This document shows positions 1 through 11,400 of a stretch of DNA of 16,788 nucleotides, one piece after another (the first letter of the stretch is position 1; each line of letters starts with the position of its first letter). The notes beneath the pieces were generated by a model, which worked only from the letters and a program-made list of their open reading frames with translations, was not told where the DNA came from and searched no databases. The stretch lies in the NCBI RefSeq assembly GCF_006345805.1, contig NW_021825119.1:1-16788 (forward strand), in the 5' to 3' direction. Origin of the DNA: Octopus sinensis (Eukaryota). Both the position numbers and the translations under genes were made by a program.

Positions 1-264
1 CAGATCTCTCAGTAATGTTAATCGCTGTGGCTATTTGATTTATAGTCAATCACCTGTCATCCATCACCATGTGATGAACATAATAGATGTTTTCTTCGGT
101 GGAGGCAGTTGTGGGACGTCCAGACCGTGGGTAACCTACAAGACTGATACTTCAACTCCTAAATTAAAGTGCCCATGCACTAATGTAGGAACCATGTCAG
201 CATGAATGTCATTGGGATAAACCCTTTTCCTGCAGGTAATACCGCGATACCAAATTTTATCCAT
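1..264 (-). pseudogene. Mariner transposase N-terminal (HTH) pseudogene fragment
   Basis: Manual translation from ATG at 264: MDKIWYRGI, frameshifted segments YLQEKGL and PNDIHADMVPTLV, then SLVGYPRSGRPTTASTEENIYYVHHMVMDDR*LTINQIATAINITERS. This matches the mariner 'SLEDxPRSGRP..EENI..V..DRRLTI.EIA' linker and second HTH. It carries a stop, frameshifts and an internal deletion. Confidence 0.85.
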
Positions 265-447
265 TGCCAAGAGAGGTCGCTGTTAGTTACTTTTGAAATC
301 TTTTTTGAACAGTCAGATGTCAGTTTACCTGGAAAGAAACAATACAGTTGTGAATAAGTGGAGTTCTAATACAAGACAGGCAAGATTTCACAGCTCTAGT
401 TTCATTGCTTCATACTAGGCTTATTAACTTTTTCGTTCACCTTTCTG
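1..447 (-). mobile_element. Mariner (Tc1/mariner) element #1, 5' portion, runs off the left window edge; decayed
   Basis: The minus strand encodes a mariner N-terminus (next feature). A degenerate terminal-repeat-like end lies at ~410-447 (minus strand CAGAAAGGTGAACGAAAAAGTTAATAAGCCTAG), next to a microsatellite. The right boundary is approximate. Confidence 0.75.
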
Positions 448-690
448 TGTGTGTGTCTGTGTGCGTGCGTGTGCGTGCGCGTATGTGTGCGTGTGTATGC
501 AAAAATGGATACACATACACACACACATACACACACATGTATATACATGTATACTATTACATTCATACATACTCACATTCATACCATCGCATACATACTA
601 CTTACATACACACATACATACATGCACACATACACATATACATACATGCATAAATACTTATATACAAACATACATATTACATACATAATG
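446..690. repeat. Compound (GT/GC)n then (CA/CATA)n microsatellite
   Basis: Directly visible dinucleotide and tetranucleotide repeats; they explain ORFs 405..653, 449..688 and 451..768. Confidence 0.9.
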
Positions 691-697
691 CTTACAT

Positions 698-790
698 ATA
701 GTGGACTTCTTTCACTTTCAGTTTTCAAAGTCTACAAACAGGACTTTGATCAGCCGTGGGATAGATAGGAAGACACTTGCTCAAAGTTCC
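698..790 (-). mobile_element. Old internal fragment of SINE family A
   Basis: GGACTTCTTTCACTTTC...CTTTGATCAGCC...GAAGACACTTGCTCAAAG aligns by eye with ~16578-16662 and ~11240-11325 of the full copies. Confidence 0.6.
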
Positions 791-943
791 TATCCATGCA
801 CATACTTCTATGTGTGTGTGTGTTGCGTGTGTATGTATCTATGCGCATGTGTATGAATGTGGTTTGTAGGAATGTACGTAAGAACATGTAAATGTGTGTG
901 TACATGTCCGTGCGCGCGCACACACACAGATGTATGTAATAAT

Positions 944-1123
944 TTGCTTGTTCTGCTCGTTAACGTGCGTCCAGGCTGGGGCACAATCTTGAAATTTATA
1001 ATCGGACGAATCGGCCCCAGTACTTATTTTTTCAGCCTAACTCCTATTCTAGCTGTTTCTTTTTGTCGAAGTGCTTAATTACGTAAGGTAAAAAAACACC
1101 AACAGTTGTCAACCCGTTGTGGA

Positions 1124-1174
<51 letters not shown>

Positions 1175-1190
1175 ACACACACACACACGT
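944..1190 (-). mobile_element. 3' half of SINE family A including its internal (CA)n tract
   Basis: CCAGGCTGGGGCAC...GAATCGGCCCCAGTACTTATT...TTTTTGTCGAA...CAGTTGTCAAC followed by (CA)n is colinear with ~16345-16550 of the full copy; the tRNA-like head is missing. Confidence 0.7.
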
Positions 1191-1191
1191 A

Positions 1192-1370
1192 CTCGGTTCT
1201 GTTGGTTGCGGTCTTCCCAGAACATTCGTCAATATCGACATTTATCGACCAACTTGTAAACGCCTGAACAACTCGTACACTTGTGTGCGGCTCATACACC
1301 CTTCTCCATACACTTTGTAACTTTGCGTTGGCCTCTGAGCAGCTATCACCATGACAACTTTCTCCGTCAT
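1192..1370 (-). pseudogene. Mariner transposase N-terminal pseudogene fragment
   Basis: From ATG at 1370: MTEKV [deletion] GDSCSEANAKLQ / KVYGEGCMSRTQVYELFRRLQVGR / NVDIDECSGKTATNRTE. This matches the mariner 'VYG..MSRTQVYEWF.RF..GR..V.D..RSGRP' pattern with two frameshifts. Confidence 0.85.
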
Positions 1371-1567
1371 GATCAATACGACGATCACACGCTACACACT
1401 TTCCTTCCAAGCACTACTGTGAACAGCGAAAGTGAGCTAGAACGTTAAAACTTAGTGCACAAGCACAACAGAGGTCCAGGTCAATCTTTGCCAAGCGGCT
1501 TTACTCTGCCTACTTTAGCCTCGTACACTACAACAACAGTCCGGATACTTATTGATCAGACCTAGTA
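1192..1567 (-). mobile_element. Mariner element #2, 5' end only (terminal repeat, leader and start of transposase)
   Basis: The minus strand starts TA-CTAGGTCTGATCAATAAGTATCCGGACTG, a TA-CGAGG-type mariner terminus. About 195 bp of leader and the transposase N-terminus follow; the element is truncated at the (CA)n tract. Confidence 0.8.
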
Positions 1568-1569
1568 TA

Positions 1570-2811
1570 TACGAGGAGGTACCTTAAAGTTACTGGAAAC
1601 GTTCTCTGTGGGACAAGCCCGTTGTAGTTGAGGCTTCGGCTGCTAGAAACCACCACTTGATGCAATCCCCAGGTATCAGTCTGCTGAATGACGTCAACGG
1701 CTGTCGTACTGTCACGTGGTGCGTCTTTGTTTTGCAGTGCTTGTCCCCTGTTCGTCGATTTTTGTGATGGCTGAAACGAAGGTACAGCGTGCTTCCGTGA
1801 TTTTCTCTTCTCTGCTGGCGACCAACACAGTTGTCATGTTTCAAATAGCTTACAACTAGGCTACCATAAGTAAAACACAAGTTTACGTGAGGTTTTCACG
1901 TTTTATGAATGGTTCCTTGTCGCTCGAAGACCAACCTCATTAGGATTATTGTCGACCCCTTGAATGAATGAAAACATCACGAAAATTCGTGAACTGATCT
2001 TCAAGGACCGTCTCCGTACAACTGACGAACTTGCTGATATGACTGATATGCCCTGGAACTCCTACTAATGAATTTTGCAAATGAAACGAGTTGCTGCTAA
2101 ATTTGTGCCTCGCATGCGCACGGAGGATTAAAAACAGTCACAACTGAATGTGTGCTGTGAACTGAAAGAACAGGCGGAAGTTGATGCGGACCTTTTTTCG
2201 AAGGTCATACAACTACGACCCGGAAACGAAGCCGTAATCAAGTCAATGGATGTAGTCAATGTCACCAGTTCACCCCATCCCCCCAAAGTGCATCGAGTGA
2301 AGTCCAATATGAAGACGATGCTGGTTTGTTTCATGCGAAAGGAATTGCCTTACACAGAATTTGTTCCCTTTGGTCAAACTGTTAACCAGACATTTTACTT
2401 GGCAGTTCAGAAGCATTTGCGAAACGCGGTGAGACGAAAATGTCACGACCTGTGGCAAAGAGGGGAGTGATGCTTCCATCACGACAATGCGCCAGCGCAT
2501 ACCGTCTTGAGCATAAAGCAATTTTTGAAGAAAAAGGGGATAACTTTGGTTGCCCACTCTCTATATTCACCTGAACTTAATCCCTGCAACTTTTGTTTTT
2601 GTTCCTCCGAACGGAAAGAGTCCTTGAAGGAAAACGTCTTGCAGATGTGGAAAAGGTGCAGTAAAAAACGACGGAGGCATTATAAGGCATCATTTCGCAA
2701 GAGTTCCTGGACTGCTTCGAACAGTGGAAAACGCGTTTGGACCGACGCTTGCTTCAAAGTTACATGAATAAAATATATTGCAAAGTTCCGGTTTTTGTGT
2801 ACCCACCTCTA
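1570..2811 (+). mobile_element. Mariner element #3, near full length (~1.24 kb), non-functional
   Basis: Left end TACGAGGAGGTACCTTAAAGTTACTGGAAAC (from 1570). Right end 2782-2811 reverse-complements to TAGAGGTGGGTACACAAAAACCGGAACTTT, a degenerate terminal inverted repeat. TA lies at both ends, with AATAAA near 2767-2772. A local ACCCACCT duplication makes the right end ambiguous (2811 or 2823). Confidence 0.9.
1767..2750 (+). pseudogene. Mariner DD34D transposase pseudogene (irritans-like motifs, by inference)
   Basis: Motifs in order: MAETKVQRASV...SKTQVYVRFSRFMNGSLSLEDQP, ENITKIRELIFKDR, MKRVAAKFVPRM, YDPETKP*SSQW, KSNMKTMLVCF, EFVPFGQTVNQTFYL, HHDNAPAH, YSPELNPCNF, FLDCFEQWKTRLDR. Asp (2483-2485) is 34 residues from the third catalytic position (2588-2590, now AAC/Asn). 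The TGDETW motif is deleted near 2210, and there are multiple stops and frameshifts. Confidence 0.95.
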
Positions 2812-2820
2812 CCCACCTAT

Positions 2821-6149
<3,329 letters not shown>

Positions 6150-6689
6150 CCCTATGTGTGCTTGTGGTGTATGGTCCTGCTCATTTCAAATTATCACGAA
6201 AGAAGTTAAAGTAGAAACAGACCCCACAACTTTTAACGGTATCTGAACAAATTCCCCCAGGAAATATCAAATGAACCACCCACACCTGGATACATCTCAG
6301 CCAACAACAACTCTCTGCTTGAGTGGTCGATGGTGTCCCGAAATAATTGATTAAAAGACTTTTCCAGGTGCTGCTATTGAGTTAGTCATGGCCTGGGCCG
6401 ATTATGGCCGAAACCAATCGAAGTTATCTAATTTATGTACAAGCTGTTTTTTCCATCAACCCACTCTCCTTTACAGTTTGCTTTTCTCTCTTGCCTGTTT
6501 AATACCCTCGCCCCCTCTAATCCTCGGGTATTCTCTTTCTCAGTATTTAAGACCACTGTGGCACTGACTGATTGACAATACTCCAAAATACACTGTGTTC
6601 CGGAGATTGAAATATCTCACACATACACAAGGGAGACAATAACGGGCAATAGTGGAGCCCTCATTAGGCAGGAAATTAACACCTTCAAA

Positions 6690-6810
6690 CTCACAAACAC
6701 GTACACGCAGACACACACACACTCATGCATAGACATGCATACATACACACAAGCACTCATTCACAAATATACATACATATACACATACGCACATGCACGC
6801 ACATACACTA
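6690..6810. repeat. Degenerate (CA/CATA)n microsatellite
   Basis: Visible CA-rich low-complexity sequence. Confidence 0.8.
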
Positions 6811-7316
6811 CCGCATCAACCTATACGTCATATTTGCCATCGATGTTCCAAAGAAACAATGAATGTGTTGTAGAGTTTCATTGAATCCTACCCTCAACCT
6901 ATGCAGTTACAGAACATATTTTTCTGCCCTACTCATTGCATAAACTCACACTTTTCCTTAATGCCTTTGTCCCCCTCCCCCACTTAGTCGCTTCGTTTAT
7001 TTCTCTTCTTCTTTATTGCATTTTCCTCTCCGTGTCATCAATTTATGTTCAGCGTGCATTTCTAAAGCTCACTCAACTTTATTAATTTTTCTAGTCGTCT
7101 AGATTTCCACTTTTTTAAAAAATTATATTTTTGTTTCCTTTTTTTATTATTATTATCATTTCTACCCCTGTCGTAATCGTAATTTTAGTAAAATAACAAG
7201 TCTGTGCCCTCATCCAATAACTTCCTCTTTATCACTTTTCCTTCGATATTGTTATTGTTGTATGCAACTGTGATCCCTGGATTCTCCTCTATATTACCTT
7301 GCATTGCCGCATAGAG

Positions 7317-7325
7317 ACACACACA

Positions 7326-7367
<42 letters not shown>

Positions 7368-7390
7368 ACACACACACAGCGCGTACACAC
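7317..7390. repeat. (CA)n microsatellite
   Basis: Directly visible. Confidence 0.95.
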
Positions 7391-7554
7391 TTCTTTCACG
7401 GTTTGTTCCTCTTCACCACTAATTATTATTCATTCGCCCACATTAACACCCCCCACCGCCTTTTACTTGCTCTCCCTTTCTCAAAATCTGTCACACACAT
7501 CTTCTACCCCCAACATTACATCTTTGCACCTTCATCGCGACTGTCATTTGATCT

Positions 7555-7610
7555 ACCCCCACCCCCACCACCACTACCACCACCACCACTATCACCACCA
7601 CCACCAACAC
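7555..7610. repeat. (CCA)n trinucleotide microsatellite
   Basis: CACCACCACTACCACCACCACCACTATCACCACCACCACC; source of the poly-His and poly-Pro ORF translations. Confidence 0.9.
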
Positions 7611-8114
7611 TCACACACGCTACTTTTCTCTTCTGACTGCATTCTCCATTTACACCGGTCTGTATCTCTTTATCAGACCAATAACTTTATTACAAAACTG
7701 CTTCGGCGGATTAATAACTACCTCTGCTTCAGCAGACAGTACCAAACTTGGCTTCCCTTCCCATAGTTGTTTCTCCCCTAACCTACACTTAGCCTCAATA
7801 CAGCGTATAATCCGGCGCTGCTTTTGTTGTTTATGTCGTATTAATGCCACTCCATACTCTATTTCAGAACGTGCTTATAAAAACTATTCCGATCCCAACT
7901 CATACCTTATCATAAATGCTCTCTTCCTATCTAATTTTTAGAATTTAACCTGTAACTATATAACAACTGTGTTTCACAATCTCATCATCTACCTCAATAG
8001 TTTTATTAAGCACAACCTCTACCTCTCTAGCTTCCCACCTTTCTCTTCGCTAAGTCTGATTTGTTATCTCTTTTACAGTTCAACATTGACTTCACCGTAT
8101 TTATCTATTCCAAG

Positions 8115-8345
8115 AGCGGCGAGCTGGCAGAAACGTTAGCACGCCGGGCGAAATGCGTAGCCCTATTTCGTCTGCCGCTACGTTCTGAGTTCAAATTCCG
8201 CCGAGGTCGACTTTGCCTTTCATCCTTTCGGGGTCGATTAAATAAGTACCAGTTCCGTACTTGGGTCGATATAATCGACTTAATCCGTTTGTCTGTCCTT
8301 GTTTGTCTCCTCTGTATTTAGCCCCATGTGGGTAGTAAAGAAATA
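8115..8345 (+). mobile_element. tRNA-derived SINE family B, monomer, with 19-bp target-site duplication
   Basis: The head has A-box-like TGGCAGAAACGTT and B-box-like GAGTTCAAATTCC. It is highly similar to the reverse complement of 9976-10205. It is flanked by CGTATTTATCTATTCCAAG (8096-8114) and CGTATTTAGCTATTCCAAG (8346-8364), one mismatch. Confidence 0.92.
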
Positions 8346-8404
8346 CGTATTTAGCTATTCCAAGCATTTGTATATACTTCCTCTTTCTCGAATCAACGAC
8401 AAAA

Positions 8405-8600
8405 CTGCCTCAAGGTCGAACCTGCTAGAGATAGTAGCCAAATTAATTCTCTCGAAGCACTGCCAATTGTCTTTAAAAAGAAGGTACACATTAGTCAATG
8501 TGATTCTGGGTGTTGGAAAGAAGTGGTTGGTCTCATATCGAACATCTTCGACCACTGGTTTGTTTGATCAGCGTTGACATGGGAAACAAACAATAAAAAA
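8405..8600 (+). repeat. Possible old interspersed repeat fragment ending in an A-rich tail
   Basis: It shares a motif with the 4414-4574 island and ends in AAACAAACAATAAAAAAAAAAA. The resemblance to a common octopus repeat is from memory only. Confidence 0.35.
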
Positions 8601-8676
8601 AAAAAAACATTATGTGAAGTGGGAGAAACGTGGGAAAAGAATTAGGTTTGCCTTGATTATGGAAACGGCATGGATT

Positions 8677-8735
8677 TTGATGATGATGATGATGTCGATG
8701 ACGTCGACGACAATGATGATGGGGTGGGGTGGGGG
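8677..8735. repeat. (GAT/GAC)n microsatellite plus short G-runs
   Basis: TGATGATGATGATGATGTCGATGACGTCGACGACAATGATGATGGGGTGGGGTGGGGG. Confidence 0.8.
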
Positions 8736-9766
8736 TGATAACTAAAATCCTGATGATAAACTGGTAACAAATTTGATGCTGCCGTTGTGGTGATGATAAT
8801 GTTGCTAATACTGAAATTAGCGCCTTTATCATTATCATGACTACTATAGCAACACGCTATTGCACTACAACAGAATCTCATACAATACGACAATAGCGAC
8901 ATCAATAGCAACACGATTTGTCGAATAATAAACATTCAGAAAATTAAAAAGAAAAAAGAAAAAGAAAAGCGATGTTCTAACGTTAGAATTGGTTGTTATT
9001 CGTCATAAGTCAGAGTTTGAACTAAATATTTTCATCAATGACTTTTTCTAACCATTTTTTGTTGTTGTTTTGTTTATTATTATTTCTTTATATACTTCTC
9101 ACTGCCTTACATCAGTTGCTCCTTCTTAAGAAATAAAAAAAAAATAGGAAAAAAAAAACAGTGAAAGGAAGGAATAACAATTTTGGTAACAACAAAACAT
9201 TAATTTCCCTCGATTTTTTTCTCCCATTTTAAGGTTTGAGTTTTTTTTGTTTTTGCTCGCTAAAAAAAAAAGGAAAGCAGAACAAAAAGCATAAAATTAT
9301 AATAAAAAAAAGATTTCTTCATACTCTTCCACCATTTTACTGCTATTCAAACAGAACTATTATCGGTATTGTGTTGTTTCTTTTCAGCACAGTTAAACAA
9401 TAACTTCACTTCATCTTTTCCCTCGTTCTTTACAATATTTATTTGTTTTTGGTATTTTCTTCTCCCCCACCCCCCCTCCCAGTAAACCACACCCAAATCT
9501 GAATTGAAAAAAAAAGACATCCACGTCATTGCTCATCAAATAAACAATGAAACCAATGATGAGTTTAACCGAACTTCACGCTTGTCTGGCATGGGATGTC
9601 TTGATTATCAATAAAACTAGAAAGATTTTGGAGGCGCATCGCATTACTTTACGCTTCAGCTCGAAATACCAGAGAGCGGAGAGGAAATAGAGACAGGTTA
9701 ATGACAAGAAAAGAAAAGAAATAAAAGAGATGACAGAAATAAGGTAACATAAGGAAAATTACGTAT

Positions 9767-10297
9767 AAATAAACAAAAATATAACCCAAACATTAAAGCA
9801 TTAGTATTTATGACGACAACTATTCTTTTCTACTCTAGGCACAAGGCCCGAAATTTTGGCGACTAGGGCTAGTCGATTAGATCGACCCTGTACGTTACTG
9901 GTACTTACTTTATTGACCCCGACAGGATGAAAAGAAAAGTGGACATCGGCCGAATTTGAACTCAGACGAAATACCTATTTCTTTACTACCCACAAGGGGC
10001 CAAACACAGAGAGGACAAACAAGGACAGACAAACGGATTAAGTCGATTATATCGGCCCCAGTGCGTAAATGGTACTTATTTAATCGAACCCGAAAGGATG
10101 AAAGGCAAAGTCGACCTCGCGGAATTTGAACTCAGAACATAAAGACAGACGAAATACCGCTAAGCATTTCGCCCGGCGTACTAACGTTCCGGCCAGCTCG
10201 CCGCCCTTTAAATAAACAAAAAATATAACCCAAACATTAAAGCATTATTATTTATAACGACAAATATTCCTTTCTACTCTAGGCTCAAGGACCGAAA
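9767..10297 (+). repeat. ~88-bp direct repeat pair (9767-9853 and 10210-10297) bracketing the dimeric SINE
   Basis: Manual alignment gives 6 substitutions and 1 indel. Each copy is ~55 bp of AT-rich flank plus ~33 bp of the SINE 3' tail. Confidence 0.92.
9821..10206 (-). mobile_element. tRNA-derived SINE family B, dimeric form (full monomer plus headless second unit with a different 3' tail)
   Basis: 10206->9976 matches 8115-8345. 9975->9821 repeats the B-box and central domain and ends in ...TTTCGGGCCTTGTGCCTAGAGTAGAAAAGAATA. The 13-mer CAGACGAAATACC occurs at 9963-9975 and 10146-10158. Confidence 0.9.
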
Positions 10298-10976
10298 CCT
10301 CGATGGTCGCGCTCAGTAACAACTTTGACTATTGGTTCGTCGTCTACTTCGAGGCACAATATGGACAGGTAGTAAGTGTCGAGTGGCAGTTGGTTGGCTG
10401 GGATGTTAATGTATATAGGAATCCCTTTTGGCAATCGAAGATAACAAAGTCAAAACGGATATGTTCTGGCCGTATGGACGGAAGAAGTGCGATAAGATGC
10501 AGTTATTATTCCTGCGATAGCAAAAAATCACGTGAGTGCTTCCTGTTCACGAAGGCATCAAAACAGAAAAGAAAGCGAAAAGCAAATTCCACAAGACTCA
10601 TCTCCGACCATGGCCAGCGGTGACTGTGGGGAGACGGTGAATGAGAGTGGTTTGCAGTATCAATACAACAATAAGTAACACCATCTCCACCTCCGCAAAG
10701 AGTCTGAGAATTCTCTCCTTTAAGAAGTTAAAAGTCAACGAACAAGAGCCACTGCTTCTCGTTACCAATAGACCAATTCCACTGTCTTGTAGTAGTTGGA
10801 ACATAACGGAAGCCGAAGAGGTGTAAAGCGTTTTTGAAAGGAAAGGATGAAGAGGACCCAACTGAGAAGAAAAGTCAGGGCCGGTCTCAAGGAGCGTAAA
10901 ATACAGCAAGAGGACAACAGCAATATAATGAGATTGATGGTCATTCGAAATACAGACTAGTATCTCATAAACGAAA
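10298..10976 (+). pseudogene. Decayed non-LTR retrotransposon ORF1-like (gag-like) fragment with CCHC zinc knuckle
   Basis: GC-balanced block. YFEAQYGQVVSV resembles the RRM-like 'F..YG.V..V' pattern, followed by MDGR. Removing one A from the A6 run at 10522-10527 gives (Y)YSCDSKNHVSASC at 10504-10546, which fits CX2CX4HX4C with the first Cys as TAT (TGT>TAT). A low-complexity K/E/S-rich region follows. Confidence 0.5.
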
Positions 10977-11400
10977 TTTGACTGCGACCATGCTGGAGCA
11001 CCGCCTTGAAGGGTTTTTAATCGAACAAATTGACCCAAGGACTTATATTTTTAAAACCTTGAACTTATTTTATAGGTGTCTTTTGCCGAACTGCTTAGTT
11101 TCGGGGTGAAAACACGCCAACATTGGTTGTCAAGTGATGGTGGGGGAGAAACACAGACACAGCTACGCATACACACACACAGACACTCACTCACACACAC
11201 ACACCACACACACATATATATATATATATATCCATACGACAGGTTTCTTCCAGCTTCCATCTCCCAAACCTACTCACAAGGCTTAGGTCGGCTCGAGGCT
11301 ATAGTACAAGACACTTGCTCAAGGTGCCACGCAGTGGGACTGAACTCTGAATCATGGGGTTGGGAAGCAAACTTCTTACCACACAGTCACGCCTGCGCCT
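10977..11400 (-). mobile_element. tRNA-derived SINE family A, near full length, diverged, extreme 3' tail missing
   Basis: The minus strand begins AGGCGCAGGCGTGACTGTGTGGTAAG (A box) ... GAGTTCAGTCCCAC (B box). It has an internal (TA)/(TG) microsatellite and is colinear with 16322-16736. Confidence 0.9.

Noticed and set aside
2483-2590. D34N catalytic spacing in mariner #3, reminiscent of the domesticated SETMAR/Metnase DD34N transposase
   Set aside because: TGC-GAC to TGC-AAC is a simple CpG-type transition, and the ORF has many stops, frameshifts and a deleted first Asp motif. This is decay, not domestication.
6340-6423. Possible very old plus-strand SINE A 3' tail (CATGGCC...TATGGCCGAAACCAATCGAAG)
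   Set aside because: Similarity by eye is too low to support a call without alignment statistics.
7299-7766. 155-aa His-rich and 110-aa Pro-rich overlapping ORFs
   Set aside because: They arise from (CA)n and (CCA)n microsatellites; no recognisable domain (a formin-like poly-Pro was considered but has no supporting context).
8115-8210. tRNA-like A/B boxes here and at the other SINE heads as possible tRNA genes
   Set aside because: No complete cloverleaf; each is attached to a repeated SINE body and tail, one with a TSD.
8720-8735. GGGGTGGGGTGGGGG as a G-quadruplex
   Set aside because: Only three long G-runs; part of a decayed GGT/GAT microsatellite.
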